Under the pieces are notes generated by a model, which saw only the letters and a list, made by a program, of their open reading frames with translations, had not been told where the DNA came from and did not search any database. A stretch of 64,000 nucleotides of DNA from a virus. Lineage: Duplodnaviria > Heunggongvirae > Uroviricota > Caudoviricetes. This document shows, in pieces, positions 16,948 to 25,300 of this stretch. The translations under genes and the position numbers were made by a program. The DNA is taken from IMG/VR virus record IMGVR_UViG_3300048598_000131. The stretch is one strand, 5' to 3'. Within the stretch, counting starts at the first letter, position 1. Each line of letters begins with the position of its first letter.

Positions 16948-17130
16948 ATGGCTAGTGAACCTGAGTCAGTGATTATTGGTCAATACTCTGGAGATAATAA
17001 AATCCAGGATTATGCGCGCAGTGCACATGACTGTGCAAAGGCTAGTGCACAAAATCCAGGACTAACTGCAATTGTGGATTATGCAAAGGCTATGAACGAT
17101 TATATGACTTCAGTAAAAAAGCTTACTTAA
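16948..17130 (+). CDS. hypothetical small protein
   Basis: 60-aa ORF. Confidence 0.35.
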   Translation: MASEPESVIIGQYSGDNKIQDYARSAHDCAKASAQNPGLTAIVDYAKAMNDYMTSVKKLT

Positions 17131-17178
17131 GCCACTCGTGAACTTGTTGAGTGCGTCTGTAAAATTGCTGAGTTACAG

Positions 17179-17451
17179 ATGGCTAAGGCCGAGGTTAAGC
17201 AGCCTGAGGTTAAGGTGATCAGCAGGAATCGATGCGACTATTTAAGTGAGACTGTAGACTATATCGAAGAACTTGCCCGGCAGTCAAAAGCTAAGGTTGA
17301 ACATATTGAAAAAATTGTCAGTCAGGTAGATGCTATATGGAAAGATGCGTCAGATCATAAAGCTTCGTCTTCTACATCTGATTCAGACGGTAATGGTTTA
17401 GACGAAGACTTAGGCGAAGACTTAGGAGACGGCTATGATGTATACAAATAG
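17179..17451 (+). CDS. hypothetical protein with acidic C-terminal tail
   Basis: 90 aa, ending DSDGNGLDEDLGEDLGDGYDVYK. Confidence 0.5.
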   Translation: MAKAEVKQPEVKVISRNRCDYLSETVDYIEELARQSKAKVEHIEKIVSQVDAIWKDASDHKASSSTSDSDGNGLDEDLGEDLGDGYDVYK

Positions 17452-17505
17452 CATAAGGTTTAATACTTATACTATACTAAGCAAATTTGATTATAGTGTA
17501 CAATT

Positions 17506-17844
17506 ATGACTATTAACAAAGAGGCCTTACTGATGGCTAGACAATCATTATCTAAAGCTATTGCTTGGATGCTGAAGTTGGAGCTTGTTGGATTTTTGGG
17601 TATGACCGCTTTCTATTGTGGTCTTGCACGCCGCGTGCATGCGGATATAGATTTGGCTACATTTTCGTTTGTTGTGCCTTATTGGATTGTTTGCACATTT
17701 TATAATGTATTCATCTATGCTAGCTGCTTAGGCCCTGAATACGATTATGCCGTCGATAAACTAAAGGACGAACAGGCTAAGAAAGATGCTGAACAGATAA
17801 AACGTGGTTTGCAAAATAAATTAATTAAGTATGAAACAAACTAA
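17506..17844 (+). CDS. hypothetical membrane protein
   Basis: 112 aa with two predicted TM segments. Confidence 0.45.
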   Translation: MTINKEALLMARQSLSKAIAWMLKLELVGFLGMTAFYCGLARRVHADIDLATFSFVVPYWIVCTFYNVFIYASCLGPEYDYAVDKLKDEQAKKDAEQIKRGLQNKLIKYETN

Positions 17845-18301
17845 AAATAAGACTGTGTGCACAGATGTGAAGCGCTGCGCACGATGTGGCAAAAATCATT
17901 TAGGCATTAAATTTGTGCCATTTAAACGTTGTGGTAGTTCACATTTCTCGCATTGGGCACCTTGTCCTACGACGCACGAGCCTATCCTGATGACTGTATT
18001 GCCCGATACACCAGAAGTCGAATCAGGCATAACACAGCTCCGTAAAATGCTGCAAGATGTTTTGGATGGCTCAATTAAGAGCATCAATTATGCGTCAACG
18101 AAGCCTGTAACTGTAGTCTATAGCTGTTTACAACCAGGTAGCATTTTTAAGCATGGCGGCGATTTTTATTTTGAGCTGCCGACGTGCTGTGATTTGCGAA
18201 TGGGTGCAGTTAGTCTGAGTAAGTTAAAGCCCGCGAGTTTTGACCGTAGGACAAAGGTTAGCGTGTTTGGCACGGTTGACATAAATTGGACACAAAAATA
18301 A
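17831..18301 (+). CDS. hypothetical Cys/His-containing protein
   Basis: 156 aa with CARCGKNH...C. The start overlaps the previous gene. Confidence 0.5.
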   Translation: MKQTKNKTVCTDVKRCARCGKNHLGIKFVPFKRCGSSHFSHWAPCPTTHEPILMTVLPDTPEVESGITQLRKMLQDVLDGSIKSINYASTKPVTVVYSCLQPGSIFKHGGDFYFELPTCCDLRMGAVSLSKLKPASFDRRTKVSVFGTVDINWTQK

Positions 18302-18311
18302 TAATAATAGT

Positions 18312-18590
18312 ATGAGTAACGATAATCTAATAAATAAAGTGATTGGCAAGCCAGAGGATCAACCCGCAGGAGCTACCGGTATTAAGCTGTTAGAGCCGTA
18401 CAAACTGAGAGACATGATTGATAATATCAATCATCTGATCGAGCTTAATCTTGCTAAGAATGAAAAGCTTGAAGAGATGAAAAACGCGCTTATCAGTAGA
18501 CACGGCTATTATACCGATTCATCGGGAAAGGTTAGAAGTAAGTGCGATGATACTGTGCTGTATATTCCGAAGCCTGTAGGCAAAGTCTAG
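18312..18590 (+). CDS. hypothetical protein
   Basis: 92-aa ORF. Confidence 0.45.
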   Translation: MSNDNLINKVIGKPEDQPAGATGIKLLEPYKLRDMIDNINHLIELNLAKNEKLEEMKNALISRHGYYTDSSGKVRSKCDDTVLYIPKPVGKV

Positions 18591-18604
18591 TAGAAAGTTC
18601 GTGT

Positions 18605-18907
18605 ATGGATAATGAGTATTATAGTGTTGGGTTAGACATGCTTAGCGCTAGCGAGCTATCTATACAGAAAAGTATTAAGAATATAAGTAAGCTAACGGAA
18701 AACGGAGCCACATCAGATAAGCAGAGGCTTGTGCTCGAACAGCTTGATGCCATCTTTATGGCAGAGGCTGTTCGCAAGAAACTATTAGAGAAGTATCGCA
18801 TGAGCATACTAGGTAAATTTGCGCTCACATTGTCTAAAGATGATAGATCGGATAGACTACTTGTTCACGACAAGACTGGATTTATAGATTACGAGTTTAA
18901 ATTCTAG
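18605..18907 (+). CDS. hypothetical protein
   Basis: 100-aa ORF. Confidence 0.45.
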   Translation: MDNEYYSVGLDMLSASELSIQKSIKNISKLTENGATSDKQRLVLEQLDAIFMAEAVRKKLLEKYRMSILGKFALTLSKDDRSDRLLVHDKTGFIDYEFKF

Positions 18908-18965
18908 CCTAAAAGTAAGCAAAAATATTTATTGTAATTTTATGATTACAGGTTAAATTGTACCT

Positions 18966-19334
18966 ATGAATAAAGATTGTTGTCCCATGTGCGGGTGTCC
19001 CATCGTTGCTACGGCAGAAGGATTAGGCGATGATCCTTTATGCTACTGTGAATGCTGGCACTGCAAGATGCGGACAGAAGCAGGTCCAGACATTGATACA
19101 GCAAGGAACAACTGGGAAACATACACAAAAACGTACAGACCAGCTTGGGTGTCTTCCGCAGATTTGAAACCATTTCGGGATACTCGTGTAATCGCTCGGG
19201 TTGAAAGTGATACTGATTTTGAATATTGTGCCGCCCACTACGATTCAAAGGACCGTGCTTGGATTATCGAAAATGGAAAATTGCCAAACGGCGTGGTTGT
19301 TCGTTGGATTAACGCTTGCCCGATTAAAATTTAA
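18966..19334 (+). CDS. Lar-like zinc-ribbon domain protein, paralog family (member 1)
   Basis: CCPMCGCPIV...CYCECWHCKMRTEAGPDIDTARNNWE is an N-terminal Lar-type ribbon with a conserved W-N motif. The C-terminal domain ends WINACP. Confidence 0.55.
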   Translation: MNKDCCPMCGCPIVATAEGLGDDPLCYCECWHCKMRTEAGPDIDTARNNWETYTKTYRPAWVSSADLKPFRDTRVIARVESDTDFEYCAAHYDSKDRAWIIENGKLPNGVVVRWINACPIKI

Positions 19335-19346
19335 CACCTCAATTGT

Positions 19347-19745
19347 ATGAATAAATCCGATAAGGTGACTAATGCTAATTTACCTGCTTGCCCGGTGTGC
19401 GGCTGCACGGTTATTAAAAATATTCTGCTATTTCCAGATAAGTTTATGCACATGAAAGAATGTGCGAACTGTCATGCAGTTTCGCCTGCGGCTAAGACAG
19501 AAGATGAAGGGATAGACAGTTGGGTAAATTTTGTTAATACTCAGCTTCCTACCTGGATTCCTGTTACCTCTTTTTTGCCTTACCCTTTTGCGCGTGTTAT
19601 TGTGCGCTTAGCCACTGATTCTCACGTCAGATATAGCTTAGCCTACTATGATGGCGACTTAGATAAGTGGATTGTAATAGGCGATGAATTGCAAAACAGC
19701 ACGATCACTCACTGGATCAACGCAGCTCCGACAACAAATGGATAA
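19347..19745 (+). CDS. Lar-like zinc-ribbon domain protein, paralog family (member 2)
   Basis: CPVCGC...CANCHAVSPAAKTEDEGIDSWVNF. The C-terminus HWINAAP matches members 1 and 3. Confidence 0.55.
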   Translation: MNKSDKVTNANLPACPVCGCTVIKNILLFPDKFMHMKECANCHAVSPAAKTEDEGIDSWVNFVNTQLPTWIPVTSFLPYPFARVIVRLATDSHVRYSLAYYDGDLDKWIVIGDELQNSTITHWINAAPTTNG

Positions 19746-19748
19746 AAT

Positions 19749-20183
19749 ATGTCTAGTCGTTTAATTAGTATGAGGAGTGGAAAATACGGAGAGGTTAAGT
19801 CCTGCGCTTGGTGTGGTAGCACTGATGTTGGAGGAGTTAAGCACATAGACAAAGACGCGTTTATTGTGCAGTGTCATAACTGTGGTAATGCGCTAGAGCA
19901 CGGAGTAGACACAGTAGATGGTGCTGTCGTCGCTTGGAACAAAATTAACACAAATGTGTGCCCATTGTGGCATTTTTCTAATAAAATATTACCTGACACG
20001 ACTCGTTTGGTAATGGCTATTGTGGCTGTGTATGATAGCAATAATAGCGATGTTGATAGGCATTTTTACACATGCCAAGCTCGCTATGATAAGAGTAGTG
20101 ACATTTGGACGTTACCAAGTTGGTTTGAGGGCTTGAGGATTTGTGTAATTCAATGGTCTCCTTTGGCTTTAGTCCAGGACTAA
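19749..20183 (+). CDS. Lar-like zinc-ribbon domain protein, paralog family (member 3)
   Basis: CAWCGS...CHNCGNALEHGVDTVDGAVVAWNKIN. The C-terminus reads IQWSP. Confidence 0.5.
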   Translation: MSSRLISMRSGKYGEVKSCAWCGSTDVGGVKHIDKDAFIVQCHNCGNALEHGVDTVDGAVVAWNKINTNVCPLWHFSNKILPDTTRLVMAIVAVYDSNNSDVDRHFYTCQARYDKSSDIWTLPSWFEGLRICVIQWSPLALVQD

Positions 20184-20213
20184 CATTAAAATAGTTAAAG
20201 TATTTATCAAATT

Positions 20214-22214
20214 ATGATTAAATTGGAACATACTGTTAAAAACCGAAATGCAGTTGGTATAGTGACATTACCAGCTAATGTGAAATCTCCATTTGAGTGC
20301 GGCACTGCCTTTGCGTTTACTATCGATGTAGCAACAATAGGCAATAAAATTAAATACATACTGGAATGCAGGCGTAACTCCGATGCGGGCGTACTGGGAA
20401 TACATGGTTCGTTTGACACGTTTAAATATGCTACAGACTATGCAGAGCGTGAGCTTGAACGCTACATAGCTGTTGCACATGTTAAGTCTTATGTGACATG
20501 GACGTGCTCGGATAGGTGTAAGGCGTGTGGTCTATCTGATTTTTCTATTCATTTTCCTCCGCTTAAAGATATAGTATATTTCGCTATTCAGGAATTACCA
20601 GATGCAGACGGCATAGTGCGCTATGCACTATCAGTTATAGTTCACGCTGGAAATGATTTGCATTATGTTGCTTACGATACGTTTACAGTTGAGTATAGTG
20701 CCATGGACTACGCTATGACTCAATTTTTTGAGTATCTTAAACAACGGCGGTTAGTTGATAGGTTTGGCATTAGGCTAGGCTGCGCTAAAGTGAAGTCTAC
20801 GGAATTTTCTAAGGCTAAAGATGAAGTTAAACTTGGGACTAAAGGCAGTAATCTGAGTGCTATGATTAAGACAGACAAATCAGCAGAGGACTGGCTTAAG
20901 CCTAGTGATTACATGCCGTACGACTACGTAGTAGTAGAGATTAATTATACTACTGATTTTCGTTCAGATGACACGCTTTCGTGCTTAGCCTATCACGCTA
21001 AATCAAGTTGGTACATTGCTGGTACACCAAAGCGTGTAAGACGCGTAGTGGCTAGCTGGAGGCCACATCCTGCTGATATGATAAACTTGAACGAAGTTAA
21101 ACCTGAATCTGACGTGCCTAAGCTTAGCTGGTTCGACGCTAAAAAGGTTTTGCCTGCTAAGAAGGGTTGCGTTTTGGGCTATTATAAGTCAGGTGAACAA
21201 GGGATGTATGCCTCGGTTTACTATAGCGCCGAGAGAAAGCGCTTTATTGGCTATGACGATATGGATGGCTGTCGTTTTTATACTGAACCAACGCACTGGG
21301 CCTACCATGAAGACGTTCTTACTTGGTATAGTGCTGGAAACTATATTCCTAGAACGAATAGTGTCATAGTGGCAAAGTTTGAAGAGTTTAAATACGAAGA
21401 CGTGTGTGTATCAATGTCCTATGACAAGGATAGCCGACAGTGGATCGCTCCATTTCCACGTCCTGATTCAAAAGGCCAAACCGTGGCTTTTGCCGAGATT
21501 CCAAATGGTCCAGACATAACTGTAGGGCCTACTCCTAGCATGAGTGAGGCAGAAATTGCAGTATTAAGTTGTATAAAGGCTGCTCCTGCGGGAAATGTTA
21601 AAAATGCGACGGTATCTGATGATTTGAAAGCTATAGATAGCAAGCTGGATGTGATTGGAATAAACGAGCTTAATCCCAATGAAGTTGTTAAGCACGAGAT
21701 AGATAGTAAGACTGTGGCGTGCTTTAATAAGGTTATTCATAGTTTATCGGACAAGGCCAGTGGATATATTAAATATGCTCCATCCGATTGGACATTTTGG
21801 CATCCTATTGCGGATATGATTGTGGATATAGTTGGCCCGAGATCAGGCCAGTCATGCTTGTATAAATTTAGTAATAATAAGCTGCGTTTAGTCTCGCGTA
21901 ATACACAACAGCACGCAAATGACCTAGACTGCTGTGTGAAGACTAATTTGCGCATAATTGATGCTGTTAGCGTTGCTTCAAATCTGGCCGTTATAAGTGA
22001 CGTAATTGAGCGCATAAACCGCGATGCAGTTAGATGCGATTTTTGTAATAGTCCGATTACTTGGCATCACTCTGATAGTCATCCAGATGATGGACGCGAT
22101 GTGCTGGCATGCTTTGTCTCTGGACAGTATTTGCTATTGCGCATCAGCCGTATTGTAGCCGGTGAATGGAGCTTTGATTTTGGTCCTGGTCAGTTTTTGT
22201 GGGCTGACATGTAA
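20214..22214 (+). CDS. hypothetical large protein (666 aa)
   Basis: Long uninterrupted ORF. No motif recognised by eye. Confidence 0.6.
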   Translation: MIKLEHTVKNRNAVGIVTLPANVKSPFECGTAFAFTIDVATIGNKIKYILECRRNSDAGVLGIHGSFDTFKYATDYAERELERYIAVAHVKSYVTWTCSDRCKACGLSDFSIHFPPLKDIVYFAIQELPDADGIVRYALSVIVHAGNDLHYVAYDTFTVEYSAMDYAMTQFFEYLKQRRLVDRFGIRLGCAKVKSTEFSKAKDEVKLGTKGSNLSAMIKTDKSAEDWLKPSDYMPYDYVVVEINYTTDFRSDDTLSCLAYHAKSSWYIAGTPKRVRRVVASWRPHPADMINLNEVKPESDVPKLSWFDAKKVLPAKKGCVLGYYKSGEQGMYASVYYSAERKRFIGYDDMDGCRFYTEPTHWAYHEDVLTWYSAGNYIPRTNSVIVAKFEEFKYEDVCVSMSYDKDSRQWIAPFPRPDSKGQTVAFAEIPNGPDITVGPTPSMSEAEIAVLSCIKAAPAGNVKNATVSDDLKAIDSKLDVIGINELNPNEVVKHEIDSKTVACFNKVIHSLSDKASGYIKYAPSDWTFWHPIADMIVDIVGPRSGQSCLYKFSNNKLRLVSRNTQQHANDLDCCVKTNLRIIDAVSVASNLAVISDVIERINRDAVRCDFCNSPITWHHSDSHPDDGRDVLACFVSGQYLLLRISRIVAGEWSFDFGPGQFLWADM

Positions 22215-22232
22215 TTTTTAAAACTATGAAGT

Positions 22233-22256
22233 CTGAGTAGTGTACTCAGGCTTTTT
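22233..22256 (+). terminator. rho-independent terminator
   Basis: CTGAGTA gtg TACTCAG, then GCTTTTT. Confidence 0.6.
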
Positions 22257-22279
22257 GTTAACTATTTAAATCCTAGTAT

Positions 22280-23635
22280 ATGCAATCATTTGATATTCAT
22301 ACTTTTGCTTGGCTGGCATTTCTGGCGCCGTTAGGACTATTTTGGCAGCAGGTAAGATCATTTGTGCTACGGCTGCTTGGCATTTTGATTAAGACTAGAA
22401 TGATTGAAGACTATACATTTTCAGAGGTGTACTACGTGTACTTGCACGATAAGTATCCTTGGTATAGGACAGATAATTATAAAATAGCACGTAACGGAGC
22501 ACAGTCTAAGGAATACAAGTGCATGGTTGAAGCGTACTTAAAGCTTCCGACTACTGAGATTATTCTGTATAAGTATTTCATACCTGTAATTGTTAGGGGC
22601 AGAAAAAATCGTGGAGTACAGATAATATATTTTAAATGGACATTTCCTTTTGAAAATCTATTTCGTATCTTAGACAGAGACTATGTAGCTAGCAGAATGG
22701 ATGCGTCTAAAAAGAGGCAAGAATTAAATGGTACAGGTAGAGATAGATTCGAAATAATTACTGAATCAGGTAGTTTAGGCCAAAAGTCTGACGGCCCTAT
22801 GAGCTACGCGGATAAGGCGATAAGAGATAAAGCTGAATCTGTTTCTGAACAGAATAAGACTGATGAAGATGCTGCTATTTTTGGCACGTATTCGGCTATA
22901 AATAGACGAGACACTTGGTGCAGCCTAGGATGGGATGTACTGGATTATGAATATTGTAGCGCTAATCCAGAAAAGGATCGGTTTCAAGAAACACCTGTGG
23001 CCAAAAAGGTGTTTAATCAGCTTAATACGTGGATTAGAGCTAAGCAGTGGTATGGAGAGCGTAATATACCTTGGAGGATAGGCTACATGTTCTACGGTGA
23101 TCCAGGTAATGGCAAGTCCACTCTAGCCGTGGAAATTGCTAAAAGGTTACAAATTTCATTGACCGTGTTTAATCTGCCTAGCATGACCGATTATGATTTT
23201 ATACGCGCGTGTCAAAGGGATGCGTGTAATAATGAAGTAGGTGTAGTGCTATTTGAAGATATAGATACTGTGTTTGAAAAAAGAAAAAATGTTAATGATA
23301 CAAGCATGCAGCATGGTGTGACATTTCAGTGTTTTTCAAACAAGCTAAGTGGTGCAGAAGGAATAAGGAATAGAATTATAATAATGACTGCAAATAATCT
23401 ATCTCAAATAGATCCAGCACTGTTGCGCAAGGGTCGGATAGATGAGCAGTTATTTATTGGACCGTTAACGCAGGCTGAAAAAGCAAAATTTGCTGCTACT
23501 ATTTTTGATGACGCTGAAACTATTCAGCGCGTAGTCAACGAGGGTGTTGACGATACTACAGCTGCGTTTGAATATCGGTGTACGTCAGAAGCACTGAATC
23601 AGTTCTGGAAAAATAAACATGTGGATAATTTATGA
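22280..23635 (+). CDS. membrane-anchored AAA+ ATPase (BCS1-like)
   Basis: N-terminal hydrophobic segment. Walker A GDPGNGKST. Walker B VVLFEDID. Sensor/Arg-finger region MTANNLSQIDPALLRKGRID. Confidence 0.75.
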   Translation: MQSFDIHTFAWLAFLAPLGLFWQQVRSFVLRLLGILIKTRMIEDYTFSEVYYVYLHDKYPWYRTDNYKIARNGAQSKEYKCMVEAYLKLPTTEIILYKYFIPVIVRGRKNRGVQIIYFKWTFPFENLFRILDRDYVASRMDASKKRQELNGTGRDRFEIITESGSLGQKSDGPMSYADKAIRDKAESVSEQNKTDEDAAIFGTYSAINRRDTWCSLGWDVLDYEYCSANPEKDRFQETPVAKKVFNQLNTWIRAKQWYGERNIPWRIGYMFYGDPGNGKSTLAVEIAKRLQISLTVFNLPSMTDYDFIRACQRDACNNEVGVVLFEDIDTVFEKRKNVNDTSMQHGVTFQCFSNKLSGAEGIRNRIIIMTANNLSQIDPALLRKGRIDEQLFIGPLTQAEKAKFAATIFDDAETIQRVVNEGVDDTTAAFEYRCTSEALNQFWKNKHVDNL

Positions 23636-23979
23636 GGCTAATCGATTTAATAACAAAAATACTAAATAAAAGCATAAACAACGTGCCGGATGTTAAGTGT
23701 AGTCCTGCACATCACGACTGCTGGTCGTCTGGGTGTCGAGCGGTGGTGAAGGCCGTGGATAAGGCTCTGTGCGAATTAGAGCCTGAGCTTAAGCTTAGTG
23801 ATGATCAGCTAGACGCGTGGGCAGCAAAATATGACATTGGCCTATCGCCGGTTGATTTAAGGTCTGCGGTTGATGACTTGCTGACAAGTTTTGAAGATAC
23901 AGCAGAAGCTAAGGACAAGCAGTTAGAGCCACTGGCTAATGATGTTGAATGGCCACCGATGCAGGAAGTGAAGTTCTAG
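23632..23979 (+). CDS. hypothetical protein
   Basis: 115 aa. The ATG overlaps the upstream stop (ATGA). Confidence 0.5.
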   Translation: MRLIDLITKILNKSINNVPDVKCSPAHHDCWSSGCRAVVKAVDKALCELEPELKLSDDQLDAWAAKYDIGLSPVDLRSAVDDLLTSFEDTAEAKDKQLEPLANDVEWPPMQEVKF

Positions 23980-23991
23980 TAACAGTTCTAT

Positions 23992-24699
23992 TTGCGCATG
24001 AATAATTCAAGCATTACGCCGGATAATTGGCTGTTAGCCAGGAATCTAGACGCTGAAAATCATAGCCCGTTGTCATTAGAAACCGAATTAAAACACGTTG
24101 CAGCTCGCTATGAATTAGAAGCATACACGCATGGAATCGCTGATGGCATAAAAGGGTTCTATAAGTATAAGTCTATAGATATTAACTCAGTTTCTAAAGA
24201 GGAGTTAATAGCGTTGATAGCTAGCGAATACGATTCTGTGATGAAAAAGTGGAGAGATAAAGTGTGCCCAGCTGCTAAAGGCTTGTCCAGTGAATATGAC
24301 AAAAATGAGCCAACAGCTTTTATTCCGTGTGACGCGTTTCTTGCTTATGTTTTAAAGTACACAAAATCAATATCGTTTAGGAGGATAGACGAGATATTAT
24401 CAAAAATACACGATACTAGGCCCTGTTATTGCATCCTCTGGGATAACACTTCTGTGTTGGAAGCAGCTACGAATTATCCTAATCTAATTTACTATGAGCG
24501 CGGAACTAATTGCGTTAGCAGAAGAGACGATGATCATTATGACGCGACTTATGTGGAAAATGCATTTCATGAGGATGGACAGCTAAGATTTGCTGAAGAG
24601 GTGGCTAAAGACTTAGACACTATTTTGACTGATTATTTTAAGCGCTATAACCAAATGCCTGAGGAAAGTAGAGCAGAAAGAAAAAGTAGTAAAGTGTAA
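23992..24699 (+). CDS. hypothetical protein
   Basis: 235-aa ORF. Confidence 0.5.
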   Translation: MRMNNSSITPDNWLLARNLDAENHSPLSLETELKHVAARYELEAYTHGIADGIKGFYKYKSIDINSVSKEELIALIASEYDSVMKKWRDKVCPAAKGLSSEYDKNEPTAFIPCDAFLAYVLKYTKSISFRRIDEILSKIHDTRPCYCILWDNTSVLEAATNYPNLIYYERGTNCVSRRDDDHYDATYVENAFHEDGQLRFAEEVAKDLDTILTDYFKRYNQMPEESRAERKSSKV

Positions 24700-24734
24700 G
24701 TCCATTTCGTCCTAGCTACAGCGGTAGTTAAGGC

Positions 24735-25298
24735 ATGAAGAAGTTAGTGGGATCGGACATTGGATCATATGTGTTTACTCCAGCTAGTCGCACAATCGCA
24801 ATTAGTGGAGTGTCCGGTTTGTCGTTAAATCAATTTTTGCTTATTACTAACGTAACTAGTAATAAAATAGTATATAATTTCGCAGATTCTACCCTTGGTG
24901 GCACGCTATCCGGTAATATTCTGACATTAGCCTACGATACAACGGCAATGTCAGCCGATGATTCGTTACAGATATACATCGATCAACCTTATGCCACGGA
25001 TGACGAAATTACTCTTCTTAGACGTATTGTCAAACTTCTCGAATCTTCAGCTACTGTAGATAGCTCTAATAGGCAAAAAATCATTGTAGATAACATTGCT
25101 GCGGTTGCTCCAACTGTAAACGTAGCAGGGCCTAACGGTACACTAACAAGCAATAATCCGTCCGCTAACTTATACAGCGGATCTAGCGTAACGCCTGTAG
25201 GCATATTTGAAACTCCTGTTGATCAGCGCTGGCGCATCATTGATGCTGCTCATGCAACATACGCTGCTTGTATTCGTTCACAACTAGTTAATTCATAG
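24735..25298 (+). CDS. hypothetical protein (possible virion structural component)
   Basis: 187 aa, Ser/Thr/Asn-rich. Lies immediately upstream of the large repeat protein. Confidence 0.5.
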   Translation: MKKLVGSDIGSYVFTPASRTIAISGVSGLSLNQFLLITNVTSNKIVYNFADSTLGGTLSGNILTLAYDTTAMSADDSLQIYIDQPYATDDEITLLRRIVKLLESSATVDSSNRQKIIVDNIAAVAPTVNVAGPNGTLTSNNPSANLYSGSSVTPVGIFETPVDQRWRIIDAAHATYAACIRSQLVNS

Positions 25299-25300
25299 AT

